Shown piece after piece: positions 50,983-60,490 of a DNA stretch of 64,000 bases. The notes below the pieces were generated by a model. The model did not search any database, had not been told where the DNA came from, and saw only the letters and a program-made list of their open reading frames with translations. The stretch comes from a virus (taxonomy: Duplodnaviria; Caudoviricetes). Each line of letters opens with the position of its first letter. Position 1 is the first letter of the stretch. Made by a program: the position numbers and the translations under genes. Location: the IMG/VR virus record IMGVR_UViG_3300037483_000378, positions 1-64,000 of that record. The stretch is one strand, 5' to 3'.

Positions 50983-51795
50983 TCAGGCTTCGAGCAGGAA
51001 CGGCCGCACCTCCAGCACCAGCAGGCACTCGCCGCCGCTCGCCGCCCCGGCATTCGCGATGCTGAGCGTGTCGCCGACGATGAAGATGTCGTCGCCCGTC
51101 GCGTCGTCGATCGCCTGACGCTTCACGTAGCCGATCGCCGAACTGTTCGGCACCGTCACCGTGTCGTCCAGCGCCGTGCTGTTCTTGTCCACCGTCAGCA
51201 CCACGTCGCCGCCCGCGATGGCGATCGTCACCGTGGCGATCACGGCCACGAGCTTGAACGGGAACTGCACCGGCCACGCCGTCAGCAGATCCTCGGCATC
51301 GTCGATGAGCCCCTGGAACACCGGGATGTAGAGCGGGCTCGGCGAGAGTGACGGCTGGAAGATCTCCACCTGCACGCGCGTCGTGTTCGCCGAATACCGC
51401 TTCGCCACCCGACCGATCGCTCCGTACCCGTTCTCGCCGATCGCGATGACCTGCTGATCCATCAGGGCCGTCGGGCCAGCGTTGTCGTCCATCCCGACGA
51501 GGTCACCGACCTCGAACTGCGCCGCCGCGCAGTCGAACTCGTAGATCCCACCCTGGCCGATCGTGATGTCGTCCGTGTCCCCGCTTTCGCTCGCCTCTGC
51601 CGCCACGCCGATGAACTTCGCCGCGAAGTTCGCCTGCGTCGCCGCGAGGTTGCCCGACACGTACGTCAGACTCGATGCGGGACGCGCGTCGTCCGTGGCG
51701 AGGTAGATGGCATCACCGACCTCCACGACCTCCGCCGAGTCCACCGGCAGTCTGACCTTGCCAGCTGCCTTCCTGTAAAGCTGCCTGTTCGCCAT
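50983..51795 (-). CDS. Capsid decoration/cement protein with extra C-terminal domain
   Basis: VEVGD..Y...FIGVA...GGIYEFD (DUF2190-like). Confidence 0.7.
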   Translation of the reverse strand: MANRQLYRKAAGKVRLPVDSAEVVEVGDAIYLATDDARPASSLTYVSGNLAATQANFAAKFIGVAAEASESGDTDDITIGQGGIYEFDCAAAQFEVGDLVGMDDNAGPTALMDQQVIAIGENGYGAIGRVAKRYSANTTRVQVEIFQPSLSPSPLYIPVFQGLIDDAEDLLTAWPVQFPFKLVAVIATVTIAIAGGDVVLTVDKNSTALDDTVTVPNSSAIGYVKRQAIDDATGDDIFIVGDTLSIANAGAASGGECLLVLEVRPFLLEA

Positions 51796-51932
51796 CTGCG
51801 CTTCTCCATGCGAGCGTGGGTCTCATGAGCTTCGGCGCCGGGGCCGCTCGCCGCCTTCACCTTCCCCCGTTGGCGCGTACTAGACCCGGCGTGTCCGGGT
51901 CCAACCTTCGTGCTGCCCAGCCTCCGGCCATC

Positions 51933-53297
51933 TCAGCCGAAGAGCGATCCGTGCGCTTCCCTCACGTCCGTATCGGTAACGGACTTCTTGCCCTCTGCGT
52001 CCCCCAGGGCTTCCGTGATGCGCGCGGACGCCGGCTGCTTCGGCGTGCCGTTGCCGCTGCCCGCACCAGCAGGCTTCGCCACGGACTCGACGAGCGTCTT
52101 CCGCTCCGCGATCGCCGCGTCGATGGCCGCCTCGTCCGCCGCTTCCGTGAGCGTCTTGCGGAAGAGGTCCGTCACGGCCGCGTCCGGCAGCTTCGCCGCC
52201 GCGAGCTTCGTCTCGATGAGATCCTCGCGCACGCGCTGCGCCTCACGCACGTTCGCCTCGTCCACCTTCGCCGTCAGTGCCGCGTTGGCCGCCTTCAGCG
52301 CGTCGCGCTCTGCCTCCAGCGTCGCCACCGTGGCGGTCAGCGTCTTCGTCTCGTCGGTCTTGGCCAGCTCCGCCTTCGCCGCCTCGGTGAACGACGCTAC
52401 CAGGTCCGGCCGGCCGGCCCGTAGCTGGTCGAGCGTGAGATCCTTCAGCTCCATTGTGCCCTCCTGGGTGTTGGTACCGCCGGCCGATCGGCTTTCCGTC
52501 GGCTCGAACACCGTCACGCGGCGCACCTTCTCCGGAGTGCCGAACGTCACGGATCCATCTTCCTGCTCCTCGTACGTCACGCGCCACGAGCCCTCCTGCG
52601 GCCCGTCCATGACGCAGAACACCAGCACCCCGTCCTCCGAGTACGTCGCCTCCACCCAGAGGTGTTCGCCGTACTTCGGGAACGCGGCGCGCACCTTGTC
52701 GCGCAGTACCGCCTGATTGTCCTGATCGCTCCCCTGAGCCGCCGCCTCGCCCGTCCGCGTCACGGCCTCGAAGAGCCCGGCCACCGTCGCGGGCTCCATG
52801 ACGAACTCCACGGCCTCGACGCTCAGGAGCGAGTCCACGCGATCCTTCCCGTCGTCCGTGCGCGTCAGCTCGCCCCGGGCACGGTGGCTCATCCCCGCCT
52901 GCTCCGGCATCTGCTTCGCGACCGAGAGCATGAGGCTCCGCGTCGGCTCGCGATCGAGCACCTCGATGTCGCCGCGCACGCGGTCCCCGACCTTGCGAGG
53001 GTTCCGCACGCGACCGGCGAAGTCATGGACGGACCGGATGCCGCCGCGCGCGTCCAGCTCGTCGTCCGTGGGGTGGTCGATGTAGACCGGTGCCCCGTCG
53101 TAGAGGCGCACCGCATCCTGCATGGCCTGCTCGCTGTAGACGCGGTTGTTCAACGACGTGCGCCCGAGCAGCGACACGTTCTGGATCACGAGCCCGTTCA
53201 CCTCTGCTTCCGCGAGCGGCAGGCCGGGCTCGTACGACTCGATGAATCTCGTGACCCTGTTCGGTTCCGCTAAACCGCCCTTCGCCTTCTCCGTCAT
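51933..53297 (-). CDS. Prohead protease with C-terminal scaffold
   Basis: NNRVYS, YIDHP (His), GMSH (Ser), VEFV.EPA; coiled-coil tail. Confidence 0.85.
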   Translation of the reverse strand: MTEKAKGGLAEPNRVTRFIESYEPGLPLAEAEVNGLVIQNVSLLGRTSLNNRVYSEQAMQDAVRLYDGAPVYIDHPTDDELDARGGIRSVHDFAGRVRNPRKVGDRVRGDIEVLDREPTRSLMLSVAKQMPEQAGMSHRARGELTRTDDGKDRVDSLLSVEAVEFVMEPATVAGLFEAVTRTGEAAAQGSDQDNQAVLRDKVRAAFPKYGEHLWVEATYSEDGVLVFCVMDGPQEGSWRVTYEEQEDGSVTFGTPEKVRRVTVFEPTESRSAGGTNTQEGTMELKDLTLDQLRAGRPDLVASFTEAAKAELAKTDETKTLTATVATLEAERDALKAANAALTAKVDEANVREAQRVREDLIETKLAAAKLPDAAVTDLFRKTLTEAADEAAIDAAIAERKTLVESVAKPAGAGSGNGTPKQPASARITEALGDAEGKKSVTDTDVREAHGSLFG

Positions 53298-53443
53298 CCG
53301 TGCTCCCGTGCCGGGTAGGAGTCGAGGCCCCGTAAACGCAGAAAGCCTCGACCGCCAGCGCCTTTCGGCTACTGGAGGTCGAGGCTTCCGTTTGTGCGGG
53401 TCAGCCCGCGCGCTCGGCGCGTCTGTACTCTACAGGGTTACCT

Positions 53444-53470
53444 ATAACCCTCCACCGCAGATACGTAAAG
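53444..53470 (-). promoter_or_regulatory. Putative phage-sigma late promoter CTTTACG-N13-GGGTTAT
   Basis: Directly after the sigma gene and upstream of the protease/capsid operon; followed by a long leader hairpin. Confidence 0.7.
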
Positions 53471-53473
53471 GGC

Positions 53474-54139
53474 TCAGCCGCATGCCGGTCTTTCCCGGAG
53501 CTTGCGGATCGCCGTACTGCGGATCTGACTCACCCGGCTTTCCGTGACCCCGAGATGGTCTGCGATCTCGCGGAGCCGGTACCCAAAAAGGTCGTGAGCG
53601 CTGAGCACGAAGCTCTCCCGGCCCCCAAGCTCGGCGAGAAGGCGCTCGACGGTCACGACGGCGAGAGCGCGTACGCTCGGGTCCGGGAAGTCAACGCGGC
53701 CATCTGCCGCCTCGATCGGCGCCGCATGACTGGCAGCGGCTAGTCGGTCACGTAGACTGTTGACCGCCTCTGCCGTCATCTTTAGCTCGACGGCAAGCTC
53801 AGGGGCGGTAGCTTCCCGCTCCAGCGCTTGGGCGATAACCCTCCGGGCGCGCGTGAGCTTCCGGCCCGCAGTTCGCAGCCCGCGCGACGCGATGTCCCTA
53901 TCCCTCAACCCATCGGCGATCGCCCATCTGATGCGCGGTACGAGGTAGGTAGACGGCGCGTGCCCGGCCCCTGGGTCCCAGCGCTCAGCAGCCCGCAGCA
54001 AGCCTACGAACCCGTCAGAGATCATGTCGCTGAAATCGCATGAGCCGGCATGACCCGCGACGCGCGCGGCCTCACGATAGACCAAGCCGAGGTTCGCCTC
54101 AACCAAGGCATCGCGCGCGCCGTCTGCAGCCACGGTCAC
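53474..54139 (-). CDS. Group-3 RNA polymerase sigma factor (FliA/WhiG/SigF-like)
   Basis: LVEANLGLV..A, DMISDGFVGLLRAAERWDP, TY...RIR.AI.D.LR, L.EIA..LGVTESRVSQI. Confidence 0.92.
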   Translation of the reverse strand: MTVAADGARDALVEANLGLVYREAARVAGHAGSCDFSDMISDGFVGLLRAAERWDPGAGHAPSTYLVPRIRWAIADGLRDRDIASRGLRTAGRKLTRARRVIAQALEREATAPELAVELKMTAEAVNSLRDRLAAASHAAPIEAADGRVDFPDPSVRALAVVTVERLLAELGGRESFVLSAHDLFGYRLREIADHLGVTESRVSQIRSTAIRKLRERPACG

Positions 54140-54342
54140 GGGTCCTCGCTCGCCCGGCGCGAACGGCGTGCTTCCGTTAGGTCATGCCCGCCGTTCGGCG
54201 ACGTGGGCCGACGCACCTCGTTGACCGTGTACTTCAGCACCATGCCGCCGGAACAGTGGAGCACGATCTGCCCGGCGAAGCCGTCCGGTATCCTCACCGT
54301 GGTCCGGCCCTTCGCGCTTTCCACGCCGACGTGATCTACCAT
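54136..54342 (-). CDS. Small hypothetical protein
   Basis: F.G.I.LH..GG.V pattern; coupled. Confidence 0.55.
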   Translation of the reverse strand: MVDHVGVESAKGRTTVRIPDGFAGQIVLHCSGGMVLKYTVNEVRRPTSPNGGHDLTEARRSRRASEDP

Positions 54343-55445
54343 CTACTTCCTCCATTCCCGACCGGTAGATCCTTCAGCGGGATAACCTGGAAGTCCTTCA
54401 CCATGTCCGTGATCTTCATCTTGCCGCTCTTGTACAGTTCGTAGCGAGGCGCGCCGAGATATTTCTTCTGGAACGCCGCGTCCTGCCGCTTGAACCACTC
54501 CGAGTACGTCACCGTCCCGGGCACACGCCCGTCCATCGCCGCGCGCTCCTGCGGGCGCAGGTCCTCCGCGTCGAGCCCCATGTCCTGCCAGCTCTTGAGC
54601 ACGGGGGCCATGAAGCCCCGACAGTTCCCGTGGTACGGTGGGAACTGAATGGGGTCGGCGTCAGGAAGCAGCACTACTCCGTCGCGAGCTGCGCACACGA
54701 GACAGGTGAGGTCATCAAGGGTCTCGACTACCATCACGCTCTCCACCGTCTGCGCGTTGCGCCGGTAGCTTGCGAGCAGCGCGTCGTTCGCCACCCTCCC
54801 GGATTCGGTGCGCAGCGTCGCCACCACGCGCGCCTGATACTCGGTCCCGATGATCTGACCGAACTTCCTGTCCAACCCCTTGCCCGTGAGTCCACGCGAG
54901 CGCGCAGCTCGTGCCGTCTCCGCGAGCTTGATCTCCGCTTCTGCCGCACCGCGGCCCAACCGCCGGTGCCACACAGAGCCGTGATATGGCGTGTCTACGA
55001 GCGCTGCGATGTCCGCCCCGGTCGGCTCCCACGGCTTCCAGCCCACGGCGCGAGGGATGGCCCCGTCGAGCAGGGCGTTTTGGGCTGCAACCTCGACGCG
55101 TGCCACCTCGCTGAGCCCTGCCCGGAGCTTCGACGTCACAGCCGTCTCCACGCCTGCCATCACCGTACCGATCTCGCGTTCGAGGTTGCGCAGCTGGGCG
55201 AGCGGCAATCCGGAAAGATCCGCCAGGTGGGGCCCGCCGATGGCATTGAGCGCGGCCCTCAATTGACCGCGCGCTGCGGTGATGGGTGCCACGACGCCGC
55301 GCACGATCCCGTTCTCCACGCGGAACAACTCGTGACGGTGCCGAAGCAGCGAGTCCATGAGCACCTCGTTGAGACTCCCGCCCAGCTTCCCTCTGTCCAC
55401 GTCGAGGGGCAGGGGGATCTTCGGAGCGGCTTCGAAGACGAACAC
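54336..55445 (-). CDS. MuF-like minor head protein
   Basis: RTE, ETLD.LTC..C..RDG, PPYHGNCR, TY.EW. Confidence 0.9.
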   Translation of the reverse strand: MFVFEAAPKIPLPLDVDRGKLGGSLNEVLMDSLLRHRHELFRVENGIVRGVVAPITAARGQLRAALNAIGGPHLADLSGLPLAQLRNLEREIGTVMAGVETAVTSKLRAGLSEVARVEVAAQNALLDGAIPRAVGWKPWEPTGADIAALVDTPYHGSVWHRRLGRGAAEAEIKLAETARAARSRGLTGKGLDRKFGQIIGTEYQARVVATLRTESGRVANDALLASYRRNAQTVESVMVVETLDDLTCLVCAARDGVVLLPDADPIQFPPYHGNCRGFMAPVLKSWQDMGLDAEDLRPQERAAMDGRVPGTVTYSEWFKRQDAAFQKKYLGAPRYELYKSGKMKITDMVKDFQVIPLKDLPVGNGGSRW

Positions 55446-55451
55446 CTCGCG

Positions 55452-57023
55452 CTACTCCTCGCCGCTGCCTGGCGGCACGGCCCCGCCTCCTATCCTACCG
55501 AGCCGCTCGAACGCGCGATCCATCTCCTCGTCCATCTTCTGCACCTCCGCGTCGTAGTCGAGCCCCTCGTCCGTCGCCCAGCTGCGCTTCGACAGGATGC
55601 CGCCCTCGCTCTTGGTCAGGTTCGCCTGCGCGTGCTTCACCTCGTCGCGCACCTCGATGTTCGGCCACTGCACCTCGACCCCCATGCTATCGAGGTCGGA
55701 CCGCTTCAGCCGCTTCCCGAACGCACCGTACTCCGCTGCGTCCTCGTACACCCACCGCCACACGCGCTCGTACCGGGGCGTGAAGAAGTCTTGCCAGCCC
55801 TTGAACTCTCGGAACGCCGGCCCCTCGCTCACCAGCGTCGATGAGTAGTTGGCGTTCGACGAGTCACCGGTGAACATGTACTCCGGGATTCCCGTAGCCG
55901 CCGCCATGTTGAGCATCAGCCTGCGCCCGTCGTGTTGGGCGTCCTGGGCCTGAAGGTTGGGGGCAAGGAACGCGTAGTCGATGTTCGGCCCGGACGTCAC
56001 CGTTGTACCGGGCCTCGGCATCCGCACGCGCGAGTCGTTCGATGAGTCGTCGCGTTGCGCGGCCTGACGGTCTCGGAGCGCCTGCACGGCTGCTGAGTTG
56101 AGGTTGCTCAGCTTCCGCACCATCACCACGGCGGAACGGTACATTGAGAGCGCGATGCGGTAACGCACCCACTCCTCGTACTGCTTGTCCCGCTGGAGGA
56201 GAATCTCAAGCACGCTCCGGCCGCGAAGCACGTCGAGGTCCACGCCGACCTTTGCGTGCAACATTCGGTCCGCTGCCACCCACGTGCCGGTTCTAACGTC
56301 CGGGGGCGTCCACACGTACCCGAGCACGTGACGAACGTCCACGTCGCTCGTCACGATGCCCTCCCGGAACGTCCCAGTCGGGTCGTGGATCTGAGCAGGG
56401 TCGATGAGCCTGAGCAGGGTCATGCCCCTCGGGGCGCGCATCGCCTGGAGGTCACGCGCCTGGAACCCGTCGAAGCTGACGAGCGTACGCTGCTGCTGCG
56501 CGGTGAGCGAGTACGCGATGCCACCGTCATCCTCCTGCGTGAACCGCCGCGTGAACGTCTCGCCGTCCCGCCACGTGCGCGAGACGAACTCGTCCTCCAT
56601 GTCGTACCACTGATTGATCAGCACGAACCGGCGCCACCACGCCTTCATCTCGTCACGAAGATTCTCGTCCTTCGTGTCTGGGACGAACGTTGGCCCTACA
56701 CCGATGACGAATCGCTTCAGGGTCTTCAGGTACCCGCTCAGGAGCGGGGACCGATACGCAGCCTTGATGGCCTGCCGACGGAGCGTGTCAGCGTCCGTGG
56801 CATCGAGCAGACGGCCCTCACCCGTACCAAATGCTGGGACGTACCCGTCGTCCTCCGGCTGCACCATGCGCACCGTGCGTTCCATCATCATGCTCGCGGC
56901 CTCAAGCTCCAGCCGGTCGAACCGTGCCCTCTGCTCCGCGAGCGCGCGCCGTTCGAGCGGAGCCCGCACCAGGCTGCGCGCCAGCTCCATGATCCCGGGC
57001 CGCCCGTCGTTCGTCGTGGCCAT
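55452..57023 (-). CDS. Portal protein (lambda family-like)
   Basis: RDGETF.R, RG.SVL, NYSS, EGLDYDAE; position. Confidence 0.88.
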   Translation of the reverse strand: MATTNDGRPGIMELARSLVRAPLERRALAEQRARFDRLELEAASMMMERTVRMVQPEDDGYVPAFGTGEGRLLDATDADTLRRQAIKAAYRSPLLSGYLKTLKRFVIGVGPTFVPDTKDENLRDEMKAWWRRFVLINQWYDMEDEFVSRTWRDGETFTRRFTQEDDGGIAYSLTAQQQRTLVSFDGFQARDLQAMRAPRGMTLLRLIDPAQIHDPTGTFREGIVTSDVDVRHVLGYVWTPPDVRTGTWVAADRMLHAKVGVDLDVLRGRSVLEILLQRDKQYEEWVRYRIALSMYRSAVVMVRKLSNLNSAAVQALRDRQAAQRDDSSNDSRVRMPRPGTTVTSGPNIDYAFLAPNLQAQDAQHDGRRLMLNMAAATGIPEYMFTGDSSNANYSSTLVSEGPAFREFKGWQDFFTPRYERVWRWVYEDAAEYGAFGKRLKRSDLDSMGVEVQWPNIEVRDEVKHAQANLTKSEGGILSKRSWATDEGLDYDAEVQKMDEEMDRAFERLGRIGGGAVPPGSGEE

Positions 57024-57051
57024 CGTCTCGGGTCCTCCCTGCCTCTACCGC

Positions 57052-57228
57052 TTAGGGGTTGATCGCTGTTCCAGGCGCCGTCCTGTAATCCCGCTCCCTC
57101 TTCGCCATGAGCATTCCGCTGCCAGCACCCGCTCGCGGAAGCGGTACCCGGGTACCGCCTCGGGGCAAGAACCCTACGGCCGCAAGGATTCCCCCGAGCA
57201 CGATCGACAAGAACCCGCGCCGGTTCAT
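57052..57228 (-). CDS. 58-aa peptide with twin-arginine-like N-terminus
   Basis: MNRRGFLSIVLGGILAAVG; ATGA overlap; not in ORF track. Confidence 0.55.
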   Translation of the reverse strand: MNRRGFLSIVLGGILAAVGFLPRGGTRVPLPRAGAGSGMLMAKRERDYRTAPGTAINP

Positions 57229-57515
57229 CGTCCGCCCCCCCGGATGCCGTGATCGTCGAACGGCCTGAGCTTCCCGTGAACCGGGATGATGTGCCGCTCC
57301 GCCGGCTCCGCCTCGCCGAGCGCGATCGCCACGTCCGTCGGCTTCACCATGCCGTCGATGGCGAGGGCTGCGCGATGGAGCATCCAGCTCGCCACCACCT
57401 TGTTGCCCGGTGTCACGCCGAGCACCCCGATCTTCCCGGTGTCCTGGTGGTACGCCACCTGCACGACCATCACCTTCTCGCCGTCCATGGCGTTCCCGTC
57501 CCCGTTCACCGTCAT
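57225..57515 (-). CDS. Hypothetical protein
   Basis: RBS GGAGGG. Confidence 0.55.
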   Translation of the reverse strand: MTVNGDGNAMDGEKVMVVQVAYHQDTGKIGVLGVTPGNKVVASWMLHRAALAIDGMVKPTDVAIALGEAEPAERHIIPVHGKLRPFDDHGIRGGGR

Positions 57516-57566
57516 CGCCGTCCCCTCCGGTTAAGGTTCCTCGCGCCTAGTATAACCCCCCGCACC

Positions 57567-57887
57567 CTATGCGGCCCCTTCGCTCCTCAGGAGCACGTAC
57601 CCACAGCCCGGACACTCCCCCACCTTTCGGTACGCGTGCTCGCGCCGCGACGTCCTGATGATGAGCCGCGGTCCCTGCCACTCGGCCATGCCGGGCAACT
57701 CGGCCGTCATGCGCCCCACGAACCCGGGCGACACGGCCGTCTTGGCCGGAAAGGGGGCTGTCGTCCGCACCTCCAGCACGCGACCGTCCGCCGCGTCCCT
57801 CACGAAGTTGAGCGCGATGCCACCCGTCACCCATTCGCGGCACACGCACTTGCTCTTGTCCTTCTTGGTCTTCCCGTTCGTGCTCAT
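57567..57887 (-). CDS. Zn-ribbon hypothetical protein
   Basis: CVC...CPGCG. Confidence 0.55.
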   Translation of the reverse strand: MSTNGKTKKDKSKCVCREWVTGGIALNFVRDAADGRVLEVRTTAPFPAKTAVSPGFVGRMTAELPGMAEWQGPRLIIRTSRREHAYRKVGECPGCGYVLLRSEGAA

Positions 57888-58384
57888 CCCGGAGCCTCCC
57901 CTGGATCGGTGGCAGCCGCGAGCGCGACCGCTCGTTCGTCTCGTTCCCGCTTCCTTACTGCTGCCCACGGGCCCAACGGGCGCGCTGCCGCCCGTTCATC
58001 GCATGCCGCGCACAAGAACGTGGAGAGCGGGTGCAGGCAGTCGGCGTAGAGCTTGCACCGGCAGGCCATGCAGCGCAGCCCCGTCCACCGTGCATTGCTG
58101 AGCGGCGGGCGATCGGGCTCCGGCTCTTTCGGCATGAAGGTCGGGGGCTGGCCGCTAGGCAGTTCCCGGCACGCCGCCTCGAATGCGCCCACGCCAGCAA
58201 ACGCTTCCGCGACCCGCGCGAACCAAAAGCGGGCCCACCGCATGACCATCATTTCGCGTCCCCCTTCGTTTCGTGTCCTACGCCGGGCCGTTTGGTCACG
58301 CCCTATGCGCGCCGCATCGGCATCGACTTCAACTTCGTAGACGTGCCCGCCGGGCACGACGCGCCGGGCGCGAAGGCGGCTCAC
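57884..58384 (-). CDS. Zn-finger hypothetical protein
   Basis: CMAC...CAAC; start uncertain. Confidence 0.5.
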   Translation of the reverse strand: MSRLRARRVVPGGHVYEVEVDADAARIGRDQTARRRTRNEGGREMMVMRWARFWFARVAEAFAGVGAFEAACRELPSGQPPTFMPKEPEPDRPPLSNARWTGLRCMACRCKLYADCLHPLSTFLCAACDERAAARPLGPWAAVRKRERDERAVALAAATDPGEAPG

Positions 58385-58968
58385 GTCTGCGTCCCCCTAA
58401 GCCACCGGAGCGTCGGGGCACCAAGCATATCCCGAGTCCTCCCGCTCATGCTCCGCACCCAGCCGCGCATCTTGTGCTCGTTCGCTGCCCACCCGCGCCA
58501 CGCGTTGCCCGCATTTCGCCACGGCTTTGCATCGAAGAAGTGGGCAGTCACCGTCATGGGTATCCCACATAGCACGGCACGCCGCACGCCGAGCCCGCGC
58601 GCACGAGCGACGGCGAGAAGCCCCGACGTGCTACCCCACGGGGCGATGACCACGTCCACGCCCGACCATGCCTGGTTCGAGCACACCTCATACCCGTCCG
58701 GGTACCCGCGCACTCGACGTAGCGCCTGCCACGTCCCGAGCTTCTCCGGGTGCCGCGTCACCCAATGATCGAGGCACCCTGCCCACGCGGCGCCAGCCTC
58801 GTTCGTGGCGATCACCGGACCGGCCGGCCACGACGCTTCGTTCTCCGTCGCGGGCGGCGCCCCGAGCAGGGTGAGCGCAGCACCCACGTCTTCCCACAGG
58901 CAGGCTGCACCCCCGAGGATGAGGGCAACGTCGTGGACCCCGACGTCCCCGACCGGATGCTCACGCAT
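58381..58968 (-). CDS. MptE/Maf-like Rossmann protein (glycosyltransferase-associated)
   Basis: ALILGGA..L..D, VIATN, TSGL.AV..A..LG....LCGI. Confidence 0.55.
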   Translation of the reverse strand: MREHPVGDVGVHDVALILGGAACLWEDVGAALTLLGAPPATENEASWPAGPVIATNEAGAAWAGCLDHWVTRHPEKLGTWQALRRVRGYPDGYEVCSNQAWSGVDVVIAPWGSTSGLLAVARARGLGVRRAVLCGIPMTVTAHFFDAKPWRNAGNAWRGWAANEHKMRGWVRSMSGRTRDMLGAPTLRWLRGTQT

Positions 58969-59191
58969 CGTCAACGCCCGGATCTGGCAGGTAGGCCGCA
59001 AGCGAGCCTGTGCTGCCACGCCTGTCTTCTACATACCATCGGACCACGGACCCATTCTTCAGCGGAATCTCCCCGTTGTAGCTAGGGTTCGGCAGTGCGT
59101 TACCGGCAGCTAACAGCACGTCCCGCAGCCACCACACCAACCGCTCCCACCAGCGTGGCTCGGGCACGGATAACCGCACGACCTCTTGCAT
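58961..59191 (-). CDS. Small hypothetical protein
   Basis: RBS AAGGAGG. Confidence 0.5.
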   Translation of the reverse strand: MQEVVRLSVPEPRWWERLVWWLRDVLLAAGNALPNPSYNGEIPLKNGSVVRWYVEDRRGSTGSLAAYLPDPGVDDA

Positions 59192-59278
59192 TCCCCCTCC
59201 TTTTCAGTGCTCAGCGCGCCAGTCGGCGCCGGAACGTGCAGCGGTTCAGGCAACGTACTCCCCTCGTCTTCGGCCATC

Positions 59279-60490
59279 TCATACCTCCAGGTTGCGACGC
59301 ATCGCTTCGTCGAACTCCGGTCGCCGATGCGAGCTGCGCGTCCGCCTGCCCACGTAGGGATCGAGCGTGGCGCCCACGTCCAGCAGCGATGCCCCCGTGG
59401 CGCGGAACTCCTCGTCACCCCACAGCCGGTAGATCATCATGTTGCTAGCCATCCCGCTCGCGAACAGCACCAGCGAGTCTGGCTCTCCTGCGGCAAGGCT
59501 ACGGACCGCATCGCACGTCTCGCCCACCACCTTCCAGGCGCTTCCGTCGCCAGGCACCTCCACGAGCGCCGTGGCGCCGAAGTGCTCGACTGGCAATTCA
59601 CGCAGGCATGCTGGCCCCACGACCAACACCTTGCGCAGCCGCAGCGCTGCCAGCACCGGAGCGAACTCTCCGTGAACCGATGCGTTGGCCAGCGTCTCCT
59701 TGTGGACCCACCGCTCCGACGCCCCCAGGCCGTGCGTCGCGATCCAAGCCTCCACCTCACGCTGTAGCTTCCATCCCGGGTTCGTACCGCACAGGTACCC
59801 GGGGACGTGCTCCAGCAGCGTGCGCCGCAGCGCGTCGCGGATCACCGGGTCGTACGGCTCGCCGTTCACGTTGCCGCCGCGGTGTCCCAGCAGGCATCCC
59901 CACTCGCCGTCACCATAGTTGGCCTGGGCGAACGGCTCGCAGGTCTCGATCATGCGCACGTAGTCCGCCACGGTGAACGTCCGGACGGGGAACGCCTGCG
60001 CTTCAGCGAACAGCACCTTCACTTCCTCGTTGAAGTCCCACTCGTCCGCCACCGTAACGCGGTAACCGAGTGCTGTGAACAGCGCGGTTAGCAGCGCGTG
60101 GATGCGCTTGCTGTGCGTCTCGATGAGCCACGCCTCCGGGCGCGAAAGCGTGTCCGACGCCACGCGCAGCAGGTACTCCTCACCGCCCTCGATGTCCACC
60201 TTGACGATGTGCGGCAGGTACGTCGTGATCCACTCCTGGAAGCTCTTGTGGTTGACCATCTCGCCCACGGGCACGACGCGATGATCCGCGTCCGCCTTGG
60301 CCTCCAGACGTTCTGCTAGCTCCGGGTCCTTCTCGCTCACCACGACCTTCCTCGCGCCCATGGCGAAGAAGAAGTCTGCCGTGCTGCCTTCGTCCGCGCC
60401 GACGTCGAGCACCACGGCATCCTCGTAGTCCGCAGCCCCGTACATGCGCGAGTAATTCCCATGCCTCGTCTTCCAGTCCGCCATCGTCAT
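59279..60490 (-). CDS. FkbM-like methyltransferase fused to a GT-D-like (DUF1792) glycosyltransferase domain
   Basis: VLDVGADEG, IVKVDIEGGE, IETH; then FAQANYGDGE and LLDVGATLD. Confidence 0.7.
   Translation of the reverse strand: MTMADWKTRHGNYSRMYGAADYEDAVVLDVGADEGSTADFFFAMGARKVVVSEKDPELAERLEAKADADHRVVPVGEMVNHKSFQEWITTYLPHIVKVDIEGGEEYLLRVASDTLSRPEAWLIETHSKRIHALLTALFTALGYRVTVADEWDFNEEVKVLFAEAQAFPVRTFTVADYVRMIETCEPFAQANYGDGEWGCLLGHRGGNVNGEPYDPVIRDALRRTLLEHVPGYLCGTNPGWKLQREVEAWIATHGLGASERWVHKETLANASVHGEFAPVLAALRLRKVLVVGPACLRELPVEHFGATALVEVPGDGSAWKVVGETCDAVRSLAAGEPDSLVLFASGMASNMMIYRLWGDEEFRATGASLLDVGATLDPYVGRRTRSSHRRPEFDEAMRRNLEV

Noticed and set aside
57545-57580. GGGTTATA half-site as a fourth phage-sigma promoter (similar half-site near 63860)
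   Set aside because: No TTTACG element at the expected distance; left unassigned
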